From sequence record OR992645.1: a stretch of DNA of 64,000 nucleotides; one strand, written 5' to 3'. The notes beneath the pieces were generated by a model that saw nothing but the letters and a program-made list of their open reading frames with translations, was not told where the DNA came from and made no database searches. The translations under genes and the position numbers were made by a program. Positions 38,261 through 46,740 of the stretch are shown here, in pieces (within the stretch, counting starts at the first letter, position 1; every line of letters begins with the position of its first letter). Source of the stretch: Escherichia phage EI-SP-GF.

Positions 38261-38719
38261 GGTGCCTGCCGTCCTTTCGATAGGTATATTGTGCCACCTG
38301 TCGGGGCCGCTGTCAACACTTTTCAAAAAAAAAATTCTAACCTGATGCGCTAACCGTTGCAACCTGGCGGGGCCAGCCTGACCAGGTAGGAGAGAGTGAA
38401 AGCTTGCAAACCTGGTAGGCCTATGCTACAGGGCAGGTAACAATTGAAGAGGAGGTACAAAAATGAAAGGTAATTTGATCCCCTGGAAATGTAGCGATTA
38501 ATGACGCTGAGGCTATCGCCCTGGTTGAAAAGGCTATGGCGGGAGCGTTGGAACATAAAGAAGAGTACGAAAAAATGATGGTTAACCTGGTAGGGGCGGC
38601 GGCTGGAGAATTCTGCCCAAAAAATAATTCTAACTAATGGTTGACAGCTCGGATAGTTCTGTTATTCTTATCCTTGCAAGGTGAACAACACCACACTAAT
38701 TAACAGAGAGGATAAAATC

Positions 38720-38917
38720 ATGAACGCCTACGGAATTAAAGTACGTCGCAACACTTGCCAGGCCGTCACCGATCAAATGATTTGCCAGGTGGACGTAACC
38801 ATCAACAACGGGCAAGGCCTTTATAAATTCCGTCGCGGTCAGAGCTATACCCGGCAACAGCTTAATCGTTGCGCCCTGACAAAAGGCCAGATCAACCACT
38901 GGTTTAATAAAAAATAA
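38720..38917 (+). CDS. Small hypothetical protein
   Basis: ATG 38720 after GAGAGGATAAAATC RBS. Confidence 0.55.
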   Translation: MNAYGIKVRRNTCQAVTDQMICQVDVTINNGQGLYKFRRGQSYTRQQLNRCALTKGQINHWFNKK

Positions 38918-38920
38918 GTA

Positions 38921-38949
38921 TTGACATACAGTCCGACACCAAATACACT
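38921..38949 (+). promoter_or_regulatory. Sigma70-like promoter (TTGACA-17-TACACT)
   Basis: TTGACA 38921-38926; AAGAGGATAAAATC RBS and ATG 38982 downstream. Confidence 0.55.
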
Positions 38950-38981
38950 AAAAGCACAAAAGACACTAAGAGGATAAAATC

Positions 38982-39380
38982 ATGAAAACCACTACCTTTA
39001 ATTTTGATAATGCGGACTTTTCTTTTTCTGATGTCAAGAACTGCCGCCGTGATCGTGGATTTTACAAGGCTTATAATCTGGTGGGCCTGGACGATGACAA
39101 TAATTTGCACGAAGTAGCTGAGATCCGGTATTATGCCGCCGCCAGCGGGAACACTCAATACTGCGTTTTTTGGATTCACGACAACAAGAACAATAAGTAC
39201 GGTTATACTGGCGGGAAGGCGAGCGGTCACGGTTACGATAAAGCTAATGCAGCACTTGAGAGCGCATTAAATGCTATGGGGATCACTGCCAACGGCTGGA
39301 TCTATGAAGAAGAGTTTTTGTCGGCACTTGCTAACCACCTGGGCTATAAAAAGCACATTGTAACATGCGCCCACGAATAA
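38982..39380 (+). CDS. Hypothetical protein
   Basis: 132 aa ORF with strong RBS. Confidence 0.6.
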   Translation: MKTTTFNFDNADFSFSDVKNCRRDRGFYKAYNLVGLDDDNNLHEVAEIRYYAAASGNTQYCVFWIHDNKNNKYGYTGGKASGHGYDKANAALESALNAMGITANGWIYEEEFLSALANHLGYKKHIVTCAHE

Positions 39381-39387
39381 AAAATTA

Positions 39388-39416
39388 TTGACACGCTGCA
39401 AAATTAAAGTAAACTA
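39388..39416 (+). promoter_or_regulatory. Promoter (TTGACA-N13-TAAAGTAAACT type) with 5' UTR hairpin
   Basis: TTGACA 39388-39393; same TAAAGTAAACT block as in the 44 bp repeat; hairpin GGCGGGAATGTTTCCCGCC follows. Confidence 0.55.
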
Positions 39417-39463
39417 GGCACAAAAGGCGGGAATGTTTCCCGCCAACACAAAGGAAAAAGATC

Positions 39464-39859
39464 ATGAATAAGAACGTACGCCGCATCATGAACGAACTGG
39501 CAAACGATGAAAAAATTATTGATATGCATTTGGTCAACATTTGCCGCCGTTGTGTAACATATAACAACCGCGCCGCAAAAGCGCGTGAGATGAACGCAAA
39601 AGGCACCTTAAAGCCCTTTCAGGTGGTTGTAAAATCTATAACTAATGCAGCAGGCCAGGCGCATGACCACAACAACGAGAGCACTAATATTGATCCGTCT
39701 TACGTAATGAAACGGATCCGGACTTGCAAGAATAAAGATCAGGTGTATAACGTCATAGATTGGCTGGACTCCATGGGCGATGTTGTTTATAATAGGTTTT
39801 CTGCAGCTATCGAGATCCAGCTTGACAGACTGGACGGGAAAGTACTGAAAACTTACTAA
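39464..39859 (+). CDS. Hypothetical protein
   Basis: 131 aa ORF; GGAAAAAG RBS. Confidence 0.6.
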   Translation: MNKNVRRIMNELANDEKIIDMHLVNICRRCVTYNNRAAKAREMNAKGTLKPFQVVVKSITNAAGQAHDHNNESTNIDPSYVMKRIRTCKNKDQVYNVIDWLDSMGDVVYNRFSAAIEIQLDRLDGKVLKTY

Positions 39860-39861
39860 GT

Positions 39862-39906
39862 TTATTTTTAGATGGCCTTGACTCCAGGGCCATCAATAAA
39901 GTAAAC
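39862..39906 (+). repeat. Conserved 44 bp element, copy 1 (TTATTTTTAGATGGCCTTGACTCCAGGGCCATCAATAAAGTAAA)
   Basis: Identical in three copies; contains ATGGCC/GGCCAT inverted repeat and TTGACT...TAAACT promoter-like spacing. Confidence 0.8.
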
Positions 39907-39938
39907 TAATCCCAGTTAAGCTAAAAGGGGGCTTAAAG

Positions 39939-40058
39939 ATGAGCACTACACGCCAGCACACAAAGGTAACTATTATCGTTTGCATCATTGGTTATATCCT
40001 GGCGCAAATGTTGATGGGTAGCGCCAACAGTGTCGCAAAATTTTTCTTAAACTTTTAA
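39939..40058 (+). CDS. Putative small membrane peptide (39 aa)
   Basis: GGGGG RBS then ATG directly after the 44 bp element; hydrophobic core VTIIVCIIGYILAQMLMG. Confidence 0.3.
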   Translation: MSTTRQHTKVTIIVCIIGYILAQMLMGSANSVAKFFLNF

Positions 40059-40086
40059 TTGACAAGCTAACTTAGATCAGTATACT
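40059..40086 (+). promoter_or_regulatory. Sigma70-like promoter (TTGACA-16-TATACT)
   Basis: TTGACA 40059-40064, TATACT 40081-40086; hairpin CGGGAAAACTTCCCAG then AAGGAGA RBS. Confidence 0.6.
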
Positions 40087-40136
40087 AAACACATCAACGG
40101 GAAAACTTCCCAGAACACACAAAAGGAGAAAACACC

Positions 40137-40478
40137 ATGACTACTATGACCGCCGCAGAAAAAGCTATTCAGATCGCTGCCCTGAAAAAACAGATCGCAG
40201 ACCTTGAGAATAAGATCGATAACTTTGAAATCGACGAGGACAAGTACGACGAAAACTATGATGAATGGTTAGACGAGATCTACGGCGAAATTATGATCGG
40301 AAACATTTCTTTTCTTCCGTCGCGTATCCTCAAGGAGCTAGATCCTATCGCTTACCGCTGCGGATTTAGCGACTACATCGACAGCCTGGATATTGAGGAC
40401 GATGAAGAATACCAGGAATTACAGACAGAGTTGGAAGAAGCAAAAGAAGAGCTTGCGGAGCTGGAAGAAAACGAGTAA
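40137..40478 (+). CDS. Highly acidic coiled-coil protein
   Basis: 113 aa, Asp/Glu-rich (EDDEEYQELQTELEEAKEELAELEENE). Confidence 0.6.
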   Translation: MTTMTAAEKAIQIAALKKQIADLENKIDNFEIDEDKYDENYDEWLDEIYGEIMIGNISFLPSRILKELDPIAYRCGFSDYIDSLDIEDDEEYQELQTELEEAKEELAELEENE

Positions 40479-40480
40479 GA

Positions 40481-40525
40481 TTATTTTTAGATGGCCTTGA
40501 CTCCAGGGCCATCAATAAAGTAAAC
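40481..40525 (+). repeat. Conserved 44 bp element, copy 2
   Basis: Identical to 39862-39906. Confidence 0.8.
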
Positions 40526-40567
40526 TTTATACTGTTAACACTGAACTAATGCATAGGAGTTAAAACC

Positions 40568-40813
40568 ATGGCAGCACTAATCACTAAATATTACGCCCCT
40601 ACCAACACCAAAAGCGCCCGTATCATGGTAAAAGGCTTCGGACGTAAAAAGGTTTACACCTGGGATTATTCCCTAGACATGGAAGACAACTACACCAACG
40701 CGATGACTGATTTTATTAATGAACTAAATAAGCAGATCTTAACCAATTATAAGGTGACCGACATCGCCTATGTTGGGGAAGGTGGGATCTGTTTTGTCGG
40801 TATTGTCAAATAA
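40568..40813 (+). CDS. Hypothetical protein
   Basis: AGGAGTT RBS; 81 aa. Confidence 0.55.
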   Translation: MAALITKYYAPTNTKSARIMVKGFGRKKVYTWDYSLDMEDNYTNAMTDFINELNKQILTNYKVTDIAYVGEGGICFVGIVK

Positions 40814-40825
40814 ACTGTTTTTTCG

Positions 40826-40849
40826 GTGGCCCTGGTGGCAGGGCCATCT
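40826..40849 (+). terminator. GC hairpin (TGGCCCTG-gtgg-CAGGGCCA), candidate terminator or processing site
   Basis: 8 bp stem after stop of upstream gene; T-rich tract upstream rather than downstream, so function uncertain. Confidence 0.35.
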
Positions 40850-40888
40850 ATAAAGATAGTTTATTAACACCATGAAAGGAGAAAGTAC

Positions 40889-41242
40889 ATGATCAGCGGG
40901 GCTAGTTTTATTATTGGCGCTATTGCTACAGCTTTAATTGTAAACAAGATCCAGGATAAAAAGGAAAGAGGAAGTACCGCCCTTGCAGAATATCCATTTT
41001 GGACATTCAACGATAACGAAGATTATATTATAAAGTATAAAAATAAAGAAGGTTACCAAGTAACACCGCGACCGATCCCGGCTTACAAGATGCAGGAAAC
41101 ACTATACCGCTTGGAGGCAGGGGGCGCAAAAATTGTGGACTTTTGGGGATACGATCACACAGATCAGGAAGTTATAAAGCGCCGTATCCGGGCTATTCAG
41201 GCCAATATTGAAGTTAGCAAGGGGGGAATATATGAAGATTAA
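40889..41242 (+). CDS. Membrane-anchored hypothetical protein
   Basis: N-terminal hydrophobic MISGASFIIGAIATALIV; AAGGAGAAAG RBS. Confidence 0.55.
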   Translation: MISGASFIIGAIATALIVNKIQDKKERGSTALAEYPFWTFNDNEDYIIKYKNKEGYQVTPRPIPAYKMQETLYRLEAGGAKIVDFWGYDHTDQEVIKRRIRAIQANIEVSKGGIYED

Positions 41243-41429
41243 TTTTGAGAAAATTGTAAAGCGATCTCATGATTCCGAAGAGCTGCCGGAACGCCGCCAG
41301 CGTAACAATAAACTGAATAAGCCAAAAAGATTTGGGAAGATCTGGCGGAATCATTATGATCGTAAATTGCCGGGCCTCCTTTTGGAACGTGAACGGCAGG
41401 CGGAACGATACCGCCACAAAGGCAACTAA
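41232..41429 (+). CDS. Small basic protein
   Basis: ATG 41232 after GGGGGG RBS; Arg/Lys-rich. Confidence 0.45.
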   Translation: MKINFEKIVKRSHDSEELPERRQRNNKLNKPKRFGKIWRNHYDRKLPGLLLERERQAERYRHKGN

Positions 41430-41436
41430 CAACCAA

Positions 41437-41466
41437 CGCCCCGCCATCGTGCGGGGCTTTTTATTT
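41437..41466 (+). terminator. Rho-independent terminator
   Basis: GCCCCGC-catcgt-GCGGGGC then TTTTTATTT. Confidence 0.7.
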
Positions 41467-41587
41467 CTACCCTACAAATAGCGCCCCTGGTTGGCCCCAC
41501 AACGCCCTAAAAGCCCCCTACCCATGCAATCCCCTTTCTTAACCTGAAAACATCGTCAAAGGCTGTTTTAAAGCGTTAAAAATATTG

Positions 41588-41615
41588 TTGACATCTAAAA
41601 TATTCTAGATATACT
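41588..41615 (+). promoter_or_regulatory. Sigma70-like promoter (TTGACA-16-TATACT)
   Basis: TTGACA 41588-41593, TATACT 41610-41615. Confidence 0.6.
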
Positions 41616-41650
41616 AATCACATCAAAGCGAGAAGTAAGGAGTAAACGCC

Positions 41651-41911
41651 ATGCGTAAATTGAAAAATTTTGATAAAGTCGATGTTGTCCTAAATAATTT
41701 TTACTACTGCAATAACAAGGCCGTTTGGTGGCGTGATAGTTCCACCGATAAAGTCAAGGCGCGCTTTCTCCAGGGGCACTGGCAAGGCCGCCCAGTGATT
41801 AAAATCATGGGGCAATTGGTAGCGTTTAAAAATTGCCGCCGTGTTGATGACGTTGAAGAGATTTTAAACATTTTGCGCCACAATAATTTAAAAAATAGTG
41901 TTGACAAGTAA
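41651..41911 (+). CDS. Hypothetical protein
   Basis: TAAGGAGT RBS; 86 aa. Confidence 0.55.
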   Translation: MRKLKNFDKVDVVLNNFYYCNNKAVWWRDSSTDKVKARFLQGHWQGRPVIKIMGQLVAFKNCRRVDDVEEILNILRHNNLKNSVDK

Positions 41912-41928
41912 ATCTCAATAAGTATACT
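41901..41928 (+). promoter_or_regulatory. Sigma70-like promoter (TTGACA-16-TATACT) with 5' UTR hairpin
   Basis: TTGACA 41901-41906, TATACT 41923-41928, hairpin GGCGGGAAAACTTCCCGCC. Confidence 0.6.
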
Positions 41929-41985
41929 TAAACACACAGGCGGGAAAACTTCCCGCCACCAACAAAGAAAATAGGAGAAAATATC

Positions 41986-42609
41986 ATGACTACCGTTAAC
42001 ATTACCACAGGTTACAATTTAGCTTTCGACGTGCTGACCGACGAACAAAAAGAAAAAGCCGTGGAAATGGTCCGCGAAAGAGAAGAACACAGCGGGGATA
42101 ACTTTTTTGCAGAAAGTGTAATTGAGTACTATAAAGAATATGTTTTTCCAGAGTACGGCCTTGAAGATACCGATGTACATTGGTCAGGCTTTTGGTGCCA
42201 GGGTGACGGCGCGTCAATCAGTGCGGAAAACGTGGATTTAGAAAAATTCTTGCGTAAAGTCAAGTCTCTGACTAAATTCCGCTCAATTCGTCACTTGTTC
42301 GGCACAATGCACGATGGCGAGTTATCCGCAAGTGTTGAGCGTGATCCATATAGCCGCTATAGTCACGAAAACACTGTAAACGGGTACATCGATACTACAT
42401 GGCTAGACCTGACCACCAAGCAAGAAAACAAAGTGGAAGATCTGGAAGAGCTGATCACCGAGACGGTACGGGAGTTATCCCGCAAGGTTTACGTAGACCT
42501 GGAGGAGGCCTATCTAGAACAGTTCACTACCGAAAACCTGATCGGCCTTATTGAGGCCAATGATTGGCGGTTTGATGTCGATGAACACGGTGAGATGACT
42601 TTTTCATAA
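41986..42609 (+). CDS. Acidic hypothetical protein (207 aa)
   Basis: ATAGGAGAAAA RBS; no motif recognised. Confidence 0.65.
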   Translation: MTTVNITTGYNLAFDVLTDEQKEKAVEMVREREEHSGDNFFAESVIEYYKEYVFPEYGLEDTDVHWSGFWCQGDGASISAENVDLEKFLRKVKSLTKFRSIRHLFGTMHDGELSASVERDPYSRYSHENTVNGYIDTTWLDLTTKQENKVEDLEELITETVRELSRKVYVDLEEAYLEQFTTENLIGLIEANDWRFDVDEHGEMTFS

Positions 42610-42698
42610 ATAAAGTGTTGCAATAACCTAAAAACCTGCTATATTAAAACTCAAGGGGCAAGACGTTTGCCCCCACACAAAACAAAGAGGTAAACATT

Positions 42699-43079
42699 AT
42701 GAAAAACACTACTAAAGCTATTGACACCGTTATGTTTAACCTGGTTACCTTTCGCGAGGATATGAAAGATCTTCCACGTGAAACAGTGTGCGATCACATT
42801 GAAAACTATCGCAAACTAATCAAAGAGTTGCCTTTAAAACGTGATCAGTATGCGGCTAACGCCATGCTTAATGCCATGATCAAAAAGATGATCCAGTGTG
42901 ATTTAACTTTGGCCTATGACTATGCTGGTGGTCGTTTTGCAGTATACAATCAGCCCGTGCCCGGTATGGGCACCACCGAAGAATTGCACGCGCTCAATCT
43001 AAAACAAGACGTGTGGGATAGTATGCCCCGCGTGGTGGTGTGGGCAGAAAGCGGAAAGATTTACGGCGATAATTTTTAA
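42699..43079 (+). CDS. Hypothetical protein
   Basis: AAGAGGTAAACA RBS preceded by hairpin GGGGCAAGACGTTTGCCCCC. Confidence 0.6.
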   Translation: MKNTTKAIDTVMFNLVTFREDMKDLPRETVCDHIENYRKLIKELPLKRDQYAANAMLNAMIKKMIQCDLTLAYDYAGGRFAVYNQPVPGMGTTEELHALNLKQDVWDSMPRVVVWAESGKIYGDNF

Positions 43080-43143
43080 TCAGGTAACAGGCGGCATATT
43101 TGCCGCCTTATTGTTAAACAGAACTGCAAAAGAGGTACATAGA

Positions 43144-43515
43144 ATGGAATTTATTATTTTGGCTGTATTGGTTGCCTTGTTTAACGCCTGGATCGCTGGC
43201 AAGATGGGCAGATCCGCCTTTTTATGGTTTATTATATCTATTTTCCTGGGGGTGGTTGCAACTATTGTATTGGTTATCCTTGCAATTGTTGACAAGGGGA
43301 ATAATAGAAAGGGTAAAGTATTTTCAGACCTGTACGACGCTCAAACGTTTGTCAACGCCTATTATAGTGATCTTCCAGTCTCCCTACGCTGCAGCCTGGC
43401 ACAACAGGTTTTTGATGAGGCTAAAACCAGAGATCAAGCCCATGAGATATGTTTAACTGAGGCGGATCGCCTATTTGAGAGGAATAGAAAATATGTGGGC
43501 CAACCGTTTAAATAA
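43144..43515 (+). CDS. Membrane protein (two predicted TM helices)
   Basis: ATG 43144 after AAGAGG RBS and hairpin GGCGGCATATTTGCCGCC; hydrophobic N-terminus. Confidence 0.55.
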   Translation: MEFIILAVLVALFNAWIAGKMGRSAFLWFIISIFLGVVATIVLVILAIVDKGNNRKGKVFSDLYDAQTFVNAYYSDLPVSLRCSLAQQVFDEAKTRDQAHEICLTEADRLFERNRKYVGQPFK

Positions 43516-43738
43516 TGCCACGTTAATTAATTCCTTTAGTGAAGATTTGAAGCCAGCCGCCTGGCGTGACGGATTCAATAACGAACGCTTTATTTTCAGG
43601 CCTGATCTTGAGGAATTTTATAACAATGGATCGAACAACAGCGGAGATAATTTTTCTTGTGGTGTGTGTCGTGATAGGACTCCTGGGGGCCATTGTAGAT
43701 CGCGTCACTACTACCGGGAGGAAAGGGGGAGACGATGA
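43493..43738 (+). CDS. Hypothetical protein (uncertain; competing small TM ORFs in other frames)
   Basis: ATG 43493 after GAGAGGAA RBS; alternative 43626-43751 encodes a TM peptide. Confidence 0.25.
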   Translation: MWANRLNNATLINSFSEDLKPAAWRDGFNNERFIFRPDLEEFYNNGSNNSGDNFSCGVCRDRTPGGHCRSRHYYREERGRR

Positions 43739-43855
43739 CAACCAAGGATAAGCCATGCACCGATAAGGTGCGCCGCGTTATGGTATGGCTTGAGATTATC
43801 GCCCTTGAAATATTGCTAGGCGTAGGGATGTACTTTATCGCTGTAAGTAACTAGG
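43736..43855 (+). CDS. Putative small membrane peptide (39 aa)
   Basis: AGGGGGAG RBS; hydrophobic WLEIIALEILLGVGMYFIAV; followed by terminator. Confidence 0.3.
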
Positions 43856-43857
43856 AA

Positions 43858-43890
43858 CGGCCCCCGATCATGGGGGCCTATCTTTTTAAA
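43858..43890 (+). terminator. Rho-independent terminator
   Basis: GGCCCCC-gatcat-GGGGGCC then TATCTTTTT. Confidence 0.7.
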
Positions 43891-43993
43891 AAATTTTTCT
43901 TCCGTGGTGTTGCAATCCGGTCCGGAATGTGGATAATAACAATCAACGGGGAGCTAATCCTCACCACCACAAAAACCAGAAAGGAGAAACAAA

Positions 43994-44194
43994 ATGAGCA
44001 ACAATATCCGCGTTATTAACTTCAAAAAAGAAGAAAAAATTGCCGTGCTGATTGACGGTCAAGAAATCTTCAAGGGCGACTATGAAGATCATCAAACGGC
44101 GATTAGTATCACTCGCGTGATTGGTTACCATAATTTTTACCCCCAAGGAGCTGAGGCAGCGGTTAAACGAATCAAAGAGATTGTAGGCCTGTAA
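43994..44194 (+). CDS. Hypothetical protein
   Basis: AAGGAGAAACA RBS; 66 aa. Confidence 0.55.
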   Translation: MSNNIRVINFKKEEKIAVLIDGQEIFKGDYEDHQTAISITRVIGYHNFYPQGAEAAVKRIKEIVGL

Positions 44195-44197
44195 AAT

Positions 44198-44242
44198 TTA
44201 TTTTTAGATGGCCTTGACTCCAGGGCCATCAATAAAGTAAAT
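44198..44242 (+). repeat. Conserved 44 bp element, copy 3
   Basis: Identical core to 39862 and 40481, ending GTAAAT instead of GTAAAC. Confidence 0.8.
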
Positions 44243-44287
44243 TTAAACCCTGTTAAAATACCACGCAGTTAACAAGGAGTGATAGAC

Positions 44288-44587
44288 ATGTTTATCCAGG
44301 CTAATAATCTTTATTTCTTTGATGGTCAGATCGTAGATGGTGTGGAAGTGGAGATCACTGGGTGCCCTGGCGGTCAGGCTATGACTTTTCGGAATAATGC
44401 CTTTGATGATTCTCATATCGTTATGAGAATGGAAGTTACGAAGCTGGATGACAAGAAAACACTCATTGACTATTCTGTGAAAGATCATCCAGACTACCAC
44501 ATGATCTATGGTGATTTGTGCATTGTTGACCGTGACAAGGTGAGCGGCATTGTGATCGCTATTGTGAACGATGTTTTCTCAAACTAA
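44288..44587 (+). CDS. Hypothetical protein
   Basis: ATG 44288 after AAGGAG RBS. Confidence 0.55.
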   Translation: MFIQANNLYFFDGQIVDGVEVEITGCPGGQAMTFRNNAFDDSHIVMRMEVTKLDDKKTLIDYSVKDHPDYHMIYGDLCIVDRDKVSGIVIAIVNDVFSN

Positions 44588-44604
44588 TTTCAACAGGTGA
44601 TTTT

Positions 44605-44955
44605 ATGAAAGTTAAATTATATTACCTTAATGAGCTTAACCCCCTTGCCCAGGTCCGCGCCCTAGCTAATACCTTGATTTGTGAGAAATCTGTATATTGT
44701 GTTGAGCTTAACGCCATGCGTGAACGTCTCAAAGGTGGTTACTTTAACATCCATGCTGCAATCAACGGCCTGAATATGGAATTTATCCGTTTACGTAACA
44801 GCCGCCGGAATCTGGCAAGAATGGAACAAGATCCGGCCCACCTTCGTAAGCTGGTTATTGAAAATCATCTGATGTTTAATGCCGAGGGTGATTATTACCA
44901 TTTTCACCGCAAACGCTGGTACCGTGGCGGCAATACAGGCAAGAATGCAAAATAA
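44605..44955 (+). CDS. Hypothetical protein
   Basis: 116 aa ORF. Confidence 0.55.
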   Translation: MKVKLYYLNELNPLAQVRALANTLICEKSVYCVELNAMRERLKGGYFNIHAAINGLNMEFIRLRNSRRNLARMEQDPAHLRKLVIENHLMFNAEGDYYHFHRKRWYRGGNTGKNAK

Positions 44956-45157
44956 GGCCCCAGGCAGGGCCTACAGCGACCTAAACACTAGCAGGCTATG
45001 CAATCGCATAGCCTTTATTGTTTTGACGTTACAACGGCCCTAAGGCGCTTAAAAAATTTTTAAAGAAGTACTTGCATCATTCCCGACAATATGGATAATA
45101 AGAGTTGTCGAGGGGGGAGGCCCCCAATCATTGACCAGATAGATAGGAGTTAAAATC

Positions 45158-45442
45158 ATGGCTATTGTTACCGCTGGCGATGTAGTAGAAATGGAAGCAA
45201 AATACTTAAAAGCGGGTATGCATATCCTACGGAATGATCAAGAGTTATTATTAACGATGGTTGACTATAATCCCGGCCAGGATTATCCAAGCATCGACTA
45301 CTTTTTTGAGTATGTTAATGAAGAGTTGAAAGAGGATGAGGCCTACTGCGGTGAGTTCTGCAACTTCTTTTGTCCTGATGAGGTTGTAAAGGTTATTTAT
45401 CAACCTGGCGTAGCTTTCCCGCTGCACGCTATCAATAAATAA
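45158..45442 (+). CDS. Hypothetical protein
   Basis: TAGGAGTT RBS; 94 aa. Confidence 0.55.
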   Translation: MAIVTAGDVVEMEAKYLKAGMHILRNDQELLLTMVDYNPGQDYPSIDYFFEYVNEELKEDEAYCGEFCNFFCPDEVVKVIYQPGVAFPLHAINK

Positions 45443-45506
45443 ACCTGGCGGGGCCGAAAAGGCCCCTACAGCATAAAATTATGAAAATAAAGAGAGGTAA
45501 ATCATC

Positions 45507-45740
45507 ATGATGGAACAAATTAAACGCACCGAGGCTATTAATGGCAATGTGATCTATTTTGTTAGCAATAACGAGAAAGGCGTACCATATGCAGCGGTAA
45601 TAGTACAGCCTGACGGTGATTATTGGTTTACTGTATACGGATCTTATTCTTTCGGGCGTCCGGTGCATGATAGAATTTTGAAAGTAGCGAACCCTACCGG
45701 GAAGAATATCACAGCAGAAAAATTTTTTGAAAATAGTTGA
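45507..45740 (+). CDS. Hypothetical protein
   Basis: AGAGAGG RBS; 77 aa. Confidence 0.5.
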   Translation: MMEQIKRTEAINGNVIYFVSNNEKGVPYAAVIVQPDGDYWFTVYGSYSFGRPVHDRILKVANPTGKNITAEKFFENS

Positions 45741-45764
45741 CATGACCATATAAAACTGTAATAT
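45737..45764 (+). promoter_or_regulatory. Sigma70-like promoter (TTGACA-16-TAATAT)
   Basis: TTGACA 45737-45742, TAATAT 45759-45764. Confidence 0.55.
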
Positions 45765-45815
45765 ATAAATCAAAGGGAGCAACAAGCCCCACCAACCACA
45801 AAGAGGATAAAAATC

Positions 45816-45995
45816 ATGGCTATTATTGCAAAGACCGAGATCGTAGGCTTAGATTCTATTCTCCTCGCATATGAGGAAGCTATAGAAATGTATGTGGTTT
45901 CCTATGGTGAGTATATCCGTGAATATGAATCTATTGATCTAGCTTTTGAATGTTATATTCGCCAGGTTAATAAAGCGTACGATGATTATCGTTAA
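45816..45995 (+). CDS. Small hypothetical protein (59 aa)
   Basis: AAGAGGATAAAAATC RBS; below ORF-track cutoff. Confidence 0.4.
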   Translation: MAIIAKTEIVGLDSILLAYEEAIEMYVVSYGEYIREYESIDLAFECYIRQVNKAYDDYR

Positions 45996-46087
45996 AATAG
46001 TTTGACAACAAACAACCATCTAACAAAGCATAATACATAAGGTGGTAGAATGATCCGCCACCCCGGAACAAAGAAGAGGTAAACACC

Positions 46088-46333
46088 ATGAAAAGCAATA
46101 AAGGTTATAACGGTTACAAAAACAAAACTCATTGGAATGTAAGCCTTTGGATTAATAACGATGAGTCATTGTACCGGTTGGCCCAAGGCTTTATTAACGC
46201 TAATGCTAATCGTAATGATGCGGCGCGGGATATGATGCTTTTTCTGGAGCTAACCGGACAAGATAAGACCCCGGACGGCTTCAAGTACAGCACTACGGCG
46301 ATCCGTGCCGCGATGGTTGGAATGAAACACTAA
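46088..46333 (+). CDS. Hypothetical protein
   Basis: AGAAGAGGTAAACACC RBS after hairpin GGTGGTAGAATGATCCGCCACC. Confidence 0.55.
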   Translation: MKSNKGYNGYKNKTHWNVSLWINNDESLYRLAQGFINANANRNDAARDMMLFLELTGQDKTPDGFKYSTTAIRAAMVGMKH

Positions 46334-46524
46334 AAGCACATAGCCGCCTTACCCTGGGGCTGTGGTAGCGGCCCCATGAATAAGGTTACTAACAGAAGAG
46401 AATAAACACCATGAAACAGAAATTAATCGATGCAGTGATCTTGATTATTGCCCTGGGTATTGGCCTGATTGCAACCATGTCTAATATGATCTTGTCTTCC
46501 AACGGTATCGGGTGAGGTTGGCAA

Positions 46525-46740
46525 ATGATCACTAACAAAACTGGCAAAACAGAATTTTTACGCAACTTACAGATCGGCAAGCCTGAGATCTGGTACTGCA
46601 CTAAAACACCGCGTGACGAAATGAAAGACTTCACCGCCACGCTGCAACGGGTAAAGATATCTATCACGCAGAAAAAGGCCTTACTAGTGGTGGAAGGGGA
46701 AATCCCCCAAACCGTTGTTATAGTTGAGCGTACAGCATAG
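46525..46740 (+). CDS. Hypothetical protein
   Basis: 71 aa ORF; GGTGAGG RBS. Confidence 0.5.
   Translation: MITNKTGKTEFLRNLQIGKPEIWYCTKTPRDEMKDFTATLQRVKISITQKKALLVVEGEIPQTVVIVERTA

Noticed and set aside
38066-38353. 95 aa ORF spanning both copies of the GC-rich duplicated element
   Set aside because: The reading frame exists only because it runs across two repeat copies; no RBS at the ATG and an internally repetitive Pro/Val-rich product. More likely repeat DNA or a decayed gene than a functional CDS.
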